Assembly: GCF_001194135.2 (NCBI RefSeq)
Contig: NC_068996.1
Coordinates: 36,624,146 to 36,674,550, forward strand
DNA from: Octopus bimaculoides
Taxonomy: Eukaryota
Direction: 5' to 3'
DNA: 50,405 nucleotides
The notes beneath the pieces are model-generated. The model was not told the origin of the DNA. It did no database searches and worked only from the letters and a program-made list of their open reading frames with translations. The position numbers were made by a program, and so were the translations under genes. Of the stretch, positions 1 to 10,762 are shown piece after piece (within the stretch, counting starts at the first letter, position 1; the number at the start of each line of letters is the position of its first letter).

Positions 1-132
1 TACATATATATGTTTGTGTGTGAGGGCTTATTAGTTTTTGCTGACAGAAAGGCATTCTCTATAGCACTGCCACTACTGCTGCTGCTGCTGCTGCTGCAAA
101 AAGTATACTCAGTACATTTTGCAAAGTTGTTG

Positions 133-272
133 GTATCCAGTTGAGCATCTGGCCATAGAAACCGTGTCATAACTGAGACAACGGAGTAAGACTTGGCTGC
201 TTGATCCACTGGATTCTGTCAAACCATCCAATCCATACCAGCATGGAAAACAGACCTAAAATAATGACAATA
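133..272 (+). mobile_element. Dispersed retroposon-like repeat (family with ...gcatggaaaacggacgttaaa(GAT)n end), fragment
   Basis: Similar by eye to copies at 10580-10715, 14729-14918 (opposite strand), 40660-40815, 44205-44420 and 44645-44790. Confidence 0.55.
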
Positions 273-276
273 ATGA

Positions 277-295
277 ACACACACACACACACACA

Positions 296-336
<41 letters not shown>
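277..336. repeat. (CA)n microsatellite
   Basis: Direct reading. Confidence 0.95.
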
Positions 337-339
<3 letters not shown>

Positions 340-721
340 TCATATGCAAATTATATATGTGAGACCAAAATACAAGAAAGGGAGCAGAAGTGCATCAAAA
401 AGGAAAGGAAAACTAGAAAATCTTTTACATAGGTTTTGCTGTGTTCTCTCTTTACCTCTTCTATTGATACCATAATGGCCTCTGCTCCCCAGAAAATGTT
501 GATCTAGTACCACTTCTACTCAAGCATTCCTGATTCACTTGCCTCTCCCCTTTTCATAATTCAAAATATAAAATAATTTACTTCAATGACCAATGCCAAA
601 AATGGATAAGTTTCATAGTTTGTTATTTTAGCAAATAAACAACTATAAGAAATATTTCAATTAAATCATCTGTCAGCCATCTGTTTTCTTCACCCTCTAT
701 TCCTGGAAGGGTCATGGAAGT

Positions 722-1000
722 AGAGTCCTCAAGTACCTCTTTCTTCATAGGGTACTATCAGAAGCAACCGTCAATAGACTTTCCAGCTGGATTCCTCAAC
801 ATGACTCACTGAGACTATGGATACCATCCAACCATTGTATTCTTGGTCTTACTCTTATGTCTCCTGATGGTTGTTGAGGACAGAGTTCTCAAGCATTTCC
901 TTCATAAGATCCTATCAGAAGCAACCATTATTAGACATTCCAGCTGGATTCCCAAACGTGACCAACTGAGATTAAGGATGTTATCCAACCATCTCCTTCC
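722..1000 (-). pseudogene. Two tandem, diverged RTE-like LINE C-terminal remnants
   Basis: Units about 157-160 bp apart. Minus-strand translations GRRWLDNILNLSWSRLGIQLECLIMVASDRIL*RK and RPRIQWLDGIHSLSESC*GIQLESLLTVASDSTL*RK resemble the RTE C-terminal R..WLD.I / A.DR..WR motif. Confidence 0.55.
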
Positions 1001-1284
1001 CCAATGCAGAGAAATAGTTGCTCAAACTGTAGAGATTTGTAGACCTCTGAGTTATATGCACCTTCTCAAGTAACATTATTCCAAACTTTTAAATATATAT
1101 ATATATATATTTTTTTTTGTCTTGAAATATTTCCAGACATCAATGATTGTAGTCCAAATCCTTGCCAAAATCATGGCATCTGCACTGACAGAGTAAACGG
1201 TTTCCGATGTGTGTGTCCCAGTGGATGGAAAGGGAAAACATGCAGTTCAAGTAAGAGATTATTCTATTATTTCTTTTTATTTTT

Positions 1285-1500
1285 ATTTTACTTGTTCCAG
1301 TCATTTGACTGCAACCATGCTGGAGCACCGCCTTAAAGAGTTTTAGTCAAAGAAATTGGACTTTTTTTAAAAACCTAGTACTTATTCTACCAGTCTCTGT
1401 TTTGCTGAACTGCAAAGTTACAGGGCATGTAAGCACACCAACACTGGGATTGTCAAGCAGTGGTGGGGGACAAGCACAGCCACAAAGACACAGACAGATA
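1285..1500 (-). mobile_element. tRNA-derived SINE family B, 3' half
   Basis: Same sequence as 3425-3645, 12668-12850 and 40440-40620 (tail ttttacttgtttcagtcatttgactg...). Confidence 0.75.
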
Positions 1501-1811
1501 TATACATACATACATGCTTACACACACACACACACACTGAAGCCTGTGGAAGAAGAATCTATTTGTCTTTGATGCATAGAACTTTTTAGAAATAAAAGAT
1601 TTAAGAGATTTTCACAGAAATTTCATTAATGGTGTTTGTGCAAAGAGATTAATGTGACAGTCTTTGAGATATGCTTCACTGCAAAAGAAAAGAAAATGAA
1701 AACGGTATATGTCATATACGGTAAAATTATACTCTTTTGCATTTGAAGTTTATGATTGTTATTAATTAATTAATTATTATTATTATTATTTTTATTATTA
1801 TTATTATTATT

Positions 1812-2021
1812 AAGGTGGTGAGCTGGCAGAATCATTAACATGCCAGGCAAAATTGTTTGTGGTATTCATTTGTCTTTATGTACTGAGTTCAAATTCGGCT
1901 GAGGTCAATTTTGTTTTTCATTCTTTGGAGATTGATAAAATAAATACCAGTTGAGCACTGGGGGTCGATGTAACTGACTTAATCCCTTCCCTGAAATTGC
2001 TAACTTTATTCCAAAATTTGA
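1812..2021 (+). mobile_element. tRNA-derived SINE family A
   Basis: A-box-like TGGCAGAATCATTAA and B-box-like GAGTTCAAATTC, core tttgcctttcatcctttcggggtcgataaaataagtaccag, flanked by (ATT)n. I count roughly 25-30 copies in the window. Confidence 0.85.
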
Positions 2022-2045
2022 TATTATTATTATTATTATTATTAT

Positions 2046-2326
2046 CATGTGAAAACTCACAGCTTATTTTGCTGGGTATGATGGAAAGTGTCAGCTGTCC
2101 ACAGCCATCAGACTAAGGTGACACTTGTTTACAGGTCATGCTTCAAGAACCCTTTAAAGAATTCTTGCAGTTCCAAGCAATGCTGATTTTTGTAGGTGTT
2201 CTACCTTCACACTTGCACCTATCTTTTTCAGCCATGTTGCTAGTTGAGTGCTGATACTTCCAAGTGCACCAATTACTATTGGTATCACGTCTACTCTCCT
2301 CAGTGACCACAACCTTCGTTTTTCCT

Positions 2327-2327
<1 letters not shown>
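2046..2327 (-). mobile_element. R4/Dong-like non-LTR retrotransposon, 5'-truncated 3' end
   Basis: QEKRRLWSLRRVDVIPIVIGALGSISTQLATWLKKIGASVKVEHLQKSALLGTARIL*RVLEA* matches the C-terminus of restriction-like-endonuclease LINEs. Flanked on both sides by (TAA)n. Confidence 0.8.
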
Positions 2328-2376
<49 letters not shown>

Positions 2377-2529
2377 TTTCCACCAAGCTCAACTTTGCCT
2401 TTCATCTTTTCGGGGTCATTGAATTAAGTACCAGTGAAACATTGAGGTCAATGTAATCAACTAATCCTCACCCCCACCACCAAAATTTCAGGCCTTGTGC
2501 CTTCAGTAGAAAAGATTATTAAAATTATT

Positions 2530-3343
2530 NNNNNNNNNNNNNNNNNNNNNNNNNNNNNNNNNNNNNNNNNNNNNNNNNNNNNNNNNNNNNNNNNNNNNNN
2601 NNNNNNNNNNNNNNNNNNNNNNNNNNNNNNNNNNNNNNNNNNNNNNNNNNNNNNNNNNNNNNNNNNNNNNNNNNNNNNNNNNNNNNNNNNNNNNNNNNNN
2701 NNNNNNNNNNNNNNNNNNNNNNNNNNNNNNNNNNNNNNNNNNNNNNNNNNNNNNNNNNNNNNNNNNNNNNNNNNNNNNNNNNNNNNNNNNNNNNNNNNNN
2801 NNNNNNNNNNNNNNNNNNNNNNNNNNNNNNNNNNNNNNNNNNNNNNNNNNNNNNNNNNNNNNNNNNNNNNNNNNNNNNNNNNNNNNNNNNNNNNNNNNNN
2901 NNNNNNNNNNNNNNNNNNNNNNNNNNNNNNNNNNNNNNNNNNNNNNNNNNNNNNNNNNNNNNNNNNNNNNNNNNNNNNNNNNNNNNNNNNNNNNNNNNNN
3001 NNNNNNNNNNNNNNNNNNNNNNNNNNNNNNNNNNNNNNNNNNNNNNNNNNNNNNNNNNNNNNNNNNNNNNNNNNNNNNNNNNNNNNNNNNNNNNNNNNNN
3101 NNNNNNNNNNNNNNNNNNNNNNNNNNNNNNNNNNNNNNNNNNNNNNNNNNNNNNNNNNNNNNNNNNNNNNNNNNNNNNNNNNNNNNNNNNNNNNNNNNNN
3201 NNNNNNNNNNNNNNNNNNNNNNNNNNNNNNNNNNNNNNNNNNNNNNNNNNNNNNNNNNNNNNNNNNNNNNNNNNNNNNNNNNNNNNNNNNNNNNNNNNNN
3301 NNNNNNNNNNNNNNNNNNNNNNNNNNNNNNNNNNNNNNNNNNN
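2530..3343. other. Assembly gap (other N runs: 17169-17630, 25840-26015, 28325-28514, 40936-41791, 43697-43735, 45526-45535)
   Basis: Runs of N, mostly adjacent to microsatellites or repeats. Confidence 0.99.
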
Positions 3344-3423
<80 letters not shown>

Positions 3424-3424
3424 C

Positions 3425-3966
3425 TCTTTTACTTGTTTCAGTCATTTGACTGTGGCCATGCTGGAGCACTGCCTTTAGTTGAGCAAATCGACCCTAGGAC
3501 TTATTCTTTGTAAGCCTAGTACTTATTCTATCAGTCTCTTTTGCTGAACCGCTAAGTTACGGTGATGTAAACACACCAGCATCAGTTGTCAAGTGATGTT
3601 GGTGGGGACAAACACAGACACAAATTTATACACACACATACATATAAAGAGTTTCTACCTCATAAACAGGAGTTACACCACAGTTATTTGTGATCTTTGC
3701 TACCCTGGTATCTATTAACCAATTTATTTTGTCCGAGTTATTTATTAATTAGGAGAAAATAAATACATATAATAAAATAAATATATATATATATGCACAT
3801 ACATATATACGACAGGCTTCTTTCAGTTTCCGTCTACCAAATCTACTCACAAGACTTTGGTCAGCATGAGGCTATAGTAGAAGACACTTGCCCAAGGTGC
3901 TACACAGTGGGACTGAACCTGGAACCATGTGGCTTGTAAGCAAGCTACTTACCACACAGTCACTCC
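3425..3966 (-). mobile_element. tRNA-derived SINE family B, full length with an insertion in its internal AT-rich tract
   Basis: Minus-strand head ggagtgactgtgtggtaagtagcttgc...ccaggttcagtcccactg has A/B-box-like motifs. Collinear with the + copy at 37128-37503. Confidence 0.8.
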
Positions 3967-4138
3967 TATATACATCTTTTAAATTTGTTTACAGGAAACA
4001 TTTTGAACATGGAAATAAAGCTCCTATTCCATTATGCCAACCACAGTCAAATGATGCTACCTAGTGAACTAGTTTTTCAAGGTTGCATCAAGTTGTACAG
4101 ATGTAACGTGGGATACATGTAATAATAGTATCAAAAAT

Positions 4139-4373
4139 CCTTGGATGAAATTTGTAAACATTTATTGCATCGCTACATATATTTCCACAAATTACATGTC
4201 TCTTAAGATTGTAGTCTGTATTCCTGGGATAATTACAGTGTAGTCCGTAGTATCCGTGGGCATCAGGTTGATTATCACCATTGGTTCATTTCTTCAGTAA
4301 TGATCTTAATAGTCATGGAATTTGTGGAAATGCATGTAGCGATGCATTAAATGTTTGTAAATTCCACCCAAGG
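4139..4373. repeat. Imperfect inverted repeat, MITE-like palindrome
   Basis: Arms about 4139-4209 and 4302-4373 are reverse complements (ccttggatgaaatttgtaaacatttattgcatcgctacat vs ccttgggtggaatttacaaacatttaatgcatcgctacat), with a spacer of about 90 bp. Confidence 0.85.
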
Positions 4374-4954
4374 GCTATTGTTATTATTAACATATATGAG
4401 AGAGGAATGATGATGCAAACAGGAAAAATAGAACTCAAAATATGAGTATATGTACATTTTTTATTAATATTTTTAGCAGAAGCAGCAGAGTGATTCAAAG
4501 TTTGTGAGTTTCGTGCATTTGATAAATGCCAATGCATGAAACGCTCAGATCTTGAGTCTTTCTGTTACTTTTGCTAAATATTGATGAGAATATGTATATA
4601 TGTATGTATATGTGTATATGTATTTTTAACTTGTTTGTAATATTTTCCTTGTTTCTAGCCACTATGATGTTGAAAATGATAAATTACATAAGGAAAGATT
4701 AATGTTAAAATACAAACATTAATCTTGTGCATTATTTATAGATTAGGTATTAGTTAATATAAAAATTTATTCTTGTTTTTTTTGTGTCCATTTTACCATA
4801 CTAGCATTTGTTGGGGCATTACAGCCAGATGCCCTTCCTATTGCAAGACCCTTCACTGTTGTGAATATACAGTGTGTTCATCAGTGATTGAAACAAAGAC
4901 AGTGTATTTCAACAGAAATATGATAACAAAAGAGTTAATTACTCCCATGTAGGA

Positions 4955-5266
4955 TGTGTGGAGGCACATGGCCTCATGGTTAGAGCAGTGGACTTATGGT
5001 CGAGGGATCATGGGTTCGAATCTCAGACTGGGTGATGTGTGTGTTTATGAGTGAAACACCCAAGCTCCACGTGGCTCTGGCAGAAGGTAATGGTGAGCTT
5101 CTGCTGACTCTTTTGCCATAACTTTCTCTTACTCTTTCCTCCTGCATCTAGCAGCTCACCTGTGATGGACTAGCATCCCATCCAGATGGGGAACCTATAT
5201 GGCAACAAAACTGGGAAACCAGCCCTTATGAGCCAGGTATGGCTCAAGAAGGAACAAACAACAACA
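4955..5266 (+). mobile_element. tRNA-derived SINE (family C) with (AAC)n tail
   Basis: tggcctcatggttagagc (A-box-like), gggttcgaatctc (B-box-like), ends aaggaacaaacaacaacaa. Confidence 0.75.
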
Positions 5267-5499
5267 ATGTAGGTTGTAATTAATACTAATGAGATACTAG
5301 TTACTACAACAATTAAGGAAAACTTTTTAGAAACTGTCTTAAATTACTAAATCCCTTCCAAATTCTTGATTATTTAAAAAATCTTTTGAAGTAAATGAGC
5401 TATGCATATTTGTTAAGAATATAGACACAAAATGTTTAACAATATTGAATTTTTATTTTTTTGTTTTTGTTAAAAATTATTAAAAATTTTCTTTCAAAG

Positions 5500-5644
5500 C
5501 TTCTTGGCAGAGCTGTAATTCAAACCCTTGTCAGAAAGGAGGAACCTGTGTCAATTCTGGCGACAGCTTCACCTGTTTTTGTAAGGAAGGATTTGAAGGC
5601 AATGTCTGTGAGAAGAACATTAATGATTGCTACCCGTTTCCTTG
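5500..5644 (+). CDS. JAG1: Jagged exon: EGF repeat plus start of next EGF
   Basis: ttcaaag|CT...CCTTG|gtaact, 145 nt. Translates (x)[49 protein letters not shown] second AG at 5509-5510 is possible, but acceptor 5499 gives phase 1 and lines up with JAG1 ARNSSC. Confidence 0.9.
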
Positions 5645-5795
5645 GTAACTATGCCCTATCATTATCTACTCAATTAGATATTTTGTTCCTTATTAAATTA
5701 CATATATCTATAATAAACTAATTAAGCAGAGTTGATCTAGCATTTTTAATGTGTAACTATTATTAGTATTATTATTATCATTATTATTATTATTA

Positions 5796-5872
<77 letters not shown>

Positions 5873-8369
5873 TGATTTGACTAAGGTTCAGTCTTATTCC
5901 TGGTAGAATCTATGTGGGTAGTGGGTTACTACCTGTAACCTTAAGGTTACAGGTAGTAATGATCTTATTTCAATGATCTTTTTAAGTGCTTAGATCTCTC
6001 CTGATAATCTTTCTTCCTAAGAGGCAAACATTCTGCAGAAACTTTACAGGACATTCTATTCCAGTCTCCTTCAACCATTTCTTTATACCTTTGCTTACAA
6101 TTCCCAATGCACCAATTATTATAAGCACAACCTTTACAGTTTCCATACTCTGAATTCTTGCAATTTCAAATTCTAAGGGTTTTTTTTTTTTTGTTTTTTG
6201 TGTCTTTCTCTATATTCCTGGAATCAAACAGACATGATAGATCAATTAACAAGCAACTTTGCTGTACCTTGTCTATTATTGTGCCTGATCTATTATTTTT
6301 CTAGTTTCTTGTCTGTTTGAATAAGAAAGTCCCACCAAATCTTACAAATTATTATTATTATTATTCAAATTCCACTGAGGTTCACTTTGCCTTTCATCCT
6401 TTCAGGGTCAGTGAAATAAGTACCAGTTACTTACTGGGGTTGATATAATTGACTTATCCTCTAAACTAAAATTACCGGCCTTCTGCTAAATTATTACCAC
6501 TACTAAGGTGATGAGCTGGCAGAATCGTTAGCACACCAGGTAAAATCCTTAGCAGCATTTCATCCATCTTTATATTCTGAGTTCAAATTCCGCCAAGGTC
6601 ACCTTTGCTTTTCATCTTTTCAGGGTTGATAAATTAAGTACTAGTGAAATACTGGGGTCAATGTAATCAACGAGTCCCCTCCCTGCAAATTTCAGGCCTT
6701 GTGCCTTTAGTAGAAAGGATTATTATTATATTTTGTGTGCATTCAAAATAAATGGAAGTGGAGAGACAAGTTACTGAAGAGATTGCAAGAGTGCAATGAA
6801 ATAATTTAACAAAAAACTATATAAATTAATAAAGGACTGAACCAGTGCGTGTGTTTATTACTGGCATAATGCCTCTCCCAAGGTTTAATTATTATTATTG
6901 TTGTTGTTTTTCCATTTCAGTTACAATGGTGCTCAGTGTATTGATGGTGTAAATTGGTACTTGTGTGAATGTAGCAAAGGCTTTGCTGGACCAAACTGCA
7001 GAATAAGTAAGTTTTTTATTCTACCAGCTGTCATTTCATCTTGCATATGTTCTGTATTAGTCTCTAAAACTTCACAATGATTCATATCACTTAATCAATG
7101 TGTACCTGTGTGTATGTCTGTCTATATATTTATGTTTATATTTACATGTTGAAACCCTTTTGGTTCCGTCTTGCCAGAGAGCGCCTTTGGTTCTATGGTA
7201 CAGATTTTGTTTTAAGTGATCTAAATTAAAACTTCCCATTAAAATTTCATGATGATTTATGTTCTAAACACCAGCTTAATAATAACAAACTTATCTTACT
7301 CTACTCTACTCTACATTATTTTCAAATTCAGATGAGAGAGAGAGGCAGGTTATGTCAACTGAAATATGGTAACAAAAGGGTTAAAGTGATCTAAATCAAA
7401 TCCTTCCATCAAAACTTCATGTTAATTTTATATTTCAAACACCAGCTCAATAATGACTGACAAAGTTATTTTATAAAATTCTTCATCATTTTCAAAATTA
7501 ATTGAAAGAAAGATAATGTATTTCAATAGAAATTTGGTAACAAAAAGGTTATTAAAGTGATTTTGGGTATATGATACATTGACAATATATTGATGAGCGA
7601 AAGCGAAACCTGTTGACAAACACAATACTCTTTCACTTATAAAATATATTAAAACTATGTGAACTGTGTGCATTTTCCTTCTTTTATTTTATATATATAT
7701 ATTTTTTGTATTACAACTCACCATGTGGAGGGTAATTGAAATTCTTCTCCTCCCCTTTCATTACAATATATATATGTTTTGTCTATCAGTAATGACAAAA
7801 GAACAAGAGTTACATAATTAATCATTAAGCATAAGTATAATGAGTTCTCACAGTTGGTTTTTGGCATTGCTATAGCGCTAAGCAGAATTCTGATATATAA
7901 TACACATACATGCACACACAAACAAATATGCACACATAAACGTGTGTGGGTGTGAGTGTCCTCTTTGCATCACTAACTAATCTCTGTTTGTTACACATCA
8001 ATTTCAGCTTTTATGCACTTGAAGAGAGTTGAAGGAAATTTGTGTGTGTGTGTGTGTGTGCGTACCTGTATATCTATCTGTGGGAAATCTCTTGTCAGAT
8101 GAAGTAAGAGCGTCTTACTTATTCCACCTGTCTGTCCTTGACACTAATCTACTTTACGTCATTTGTACTGTTAGTTGTCTCCTCTTGATCATATTGTTCC
8201 TAGTTCTGACTTCTGACTTGATCTGCCCTCCCCTCCCCACCACCACCACCTACATGCTGCTGCTGCTGGTGACTACTCTTACTTTTACCACAGTATTTTT
8301 GGCCATCTGTCAGCCAAGTCAACCATGACTACATATCCTATTGACTCACATTTGCATGAGTGCACACTG

Positions 8370-8404
<35 letters not shown>

Positions 8405-10718
8405 ACCACCACCACCACCACCACCATACACACACACCACACTATTCTTATATATGTTATGAAAGCTATTAGACATTTTAGAGTAACATAATAACTCATA
8501 TTTTTGAAATTGCAGATTTACAAGAATGTACTTCAAATCCATGTGCTTTTGGCAGTACTTGCATTGATGAAATTGGTAGCTATAAATGTATTTGTCCTCC
8601 CGGAAGAACTGGAAATCAATGTGAAAATGGTTAGTCATGTATTTATATAAACTTGTTAATTAATCAAAGTTAAATTTCTGTTGTATCTAAATCAATCCTT
8701 TGGCATTTAAACTGACCATATCTGGCCAAAAATATTCTACCTGTTTTGTGTTCCAACTGACCAGATTCAGCCTCTCACACCAACCACATAATGTTCTTTT
8801 AAATACTTGCTTAATAATGATAAAGCTATTTTACTAAATTCTTCGTTATTGTCAAAATTAATTTTTAAAAAACTGCAGTATATTTCAACAGAAATATCCT
8901 AGATCATATTGATCTAGCTTCCAGCTCTTTCATCTTGATACTAAATTGTCTGAGACCATGTCTAGTTCAATGATCTAAATTAAATCCTTCTACTGGAGTT
9001 TCATTTTAATTTATGTTCCAAACACTTGCTTAATAATGATAAAGCTATTTTACTAAATTCTCCATTATTTTCAAAAGTAATTGACACAAAGACAATGTAT
9101 TTCAATAGAAATATGGTAACAAACGGGTTCATGACAATTCCATCTTTGACATTCTATTCTTAATTACTACTTTGAAATTAATGACTGCAAAACTCCATAT
9201 ATAAACATACCAAAATCACCACCATCATCATTGTCATTATTAAGCATCTATGTTCCATGCTGGCAAGGGCTGGATGGTTTAACCCTTTAGCATTCAAACT
9301 GCCAAAATATTCTACCTGTTTTATTTCCAAATTGGCCAGATCTGGCCTCTCACACTTACCCTACAAATAAACAATTACATCAGTGGCATTTCAAAACTAC
9401 AAGGTAATGCATGACTAATTCATATCAATGGGAATAAATAGGCATTACATTGGACAGAGTAATCTGAATGTTAAAGGGTTAAACAGGTTCTGATGGATCC
9501 AAGGATTACCATATCTTTTTGGTTACAAGAGCCTGTCTTAATTCCAATAAAACATTTGGTAACTCTTTCATTTTTTTCTTTTCTTTTTTTTTGTTATATT
9601 TTCAGTTATTGGACATTTGCCTTCTCCTAATTCCTGTATTTTCAAACAACATGTCTACTCTGACAAAAGCTCATGGCAACATGAGTGCAATTCTTGTCAT
9701 TGCAACGATGGTCGCGTTCATTGTACAAAGGTAAGGAATTTATCCTGTAAACCCAGTAGGTTGTTGTTACATATTAGATCTACTACTGCTGCTGCTGCTG
9801 TTGTTGTTGTTGTTGTTTAGCACCCACAAGTCAATCCTGATCTTTAGTAAAAGACATTCCAGCCTTGACCATCCTATCTTTTTCCCTTGCTCATAGAGTA
9901 CTCTAAACCAGTGCTTCTCAAGCTATCTGATGTGGCGTACTGGTAGTTCTTTTTCTCTAATGTGCCTGGGACCAGTAATATTTCTTAATAATATCAATTT
10001 ATACCTGAAACAATATTCGGCAATAATTAAAGCTTTTCAGTAACTTGCGACTTTAACTATTGACAGGAACTCAATTACAGAAGTTTTAGTTCTAGTGTTG
10101 TTCTTGCCAAATTTTCCACTCAAAATTTTCCAAAATTTATTTGTTGCTTGATATACTTAATATATTATTATAAAATAAATTACAGTTTGTATTTATATTA
10201 GTATAGAGGTAATTATAATTAACATAAAATTATTGGGTGTGGTTGTGTGGTAAGATCTTTGCTTCCCAGCCACATGGTTTCAGTTTCACCATTTGGCACC
10301 ATGGGCAAGTACCCGCTATGATAGCCCCAGACTGAACAAAGCCTTGTGAATGGATATGATACATGGAACCTGAAACAAACTTGTCACACACGGAGGTGAG
10401 GTGTCTGAGTTTCTTTCAAGCATTGAACCTCATGGAGGCAAACTGGCCAAGTTCCTTTTGAGTGTTGGGCCTCATGGAGGCAATGACCAAAGCCTTAGGC
10501 ATTATGTTATGCTTGAGATGACCCATCAAGCTGAGCAAAATCACAGTCATGGCAGATATTGGTGTCACGCAAATAGTACCTGTGTCAGTGGTGGGTAGAA
10601 GCATGCATTACATTCTCGGAGTGATTGGCATTAGGAAGAGCATCCAGCTGTAGAAAACCATGCCAAATCAAACTGGAGCCTGGCACAGCTTGCCAGTATG
10701 GTCAACAGATATTAAATG

Positions 10719-10762
<44 letters not shown>

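Noticed and set aside
2457-3513. Long ORFs over N runs and microsatellites (also 16681-17735, 25751-26358, 26570-27277, 28231-28623, 40758-41883)
   Set aside because: Artefacts of stop-free gaps and of (TA)n/(CA)n/(ATT)n translating to YI, HT, CV or poly-I.
4960-5035. tRNA-like A/B boxes (here and in many other repeats)
   Set aside because: These are SINE heads followed by SINE bodies; no complete cloverleaf, so no tRNA gene is called.
1-5499. Search for the preceding Jagged EGF exon, including acceptor-like sites at about 3994 and 4658
   Set aside because: No frame gives EGF cysteine spacing. The exon is in the 2530-3343 gap or upstream of the window.
7590-7620. UUGAUGA-GC(GAAA)GC-GAAAC hammerhead look-alike
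   Set aside because: C3 is mutated, stem II is only 2 bp, and there is no stem I partner for the downstream GACAAA.
8079-8086. TGTGGGAA CSL/Su(H) site (also TGTGAGAA near 19162)
   Set aside because: Several such 8-mers are expected by chance in 50 kb; no paired-site arrangement.
8096-8120. CAGAUGA followed by hairpin AAGUAAGA-GCG-UCUUACUU
   Set aside because: Core is imperfect and no GAAA follows the stem; most likely a chance 8-bp hairpin.
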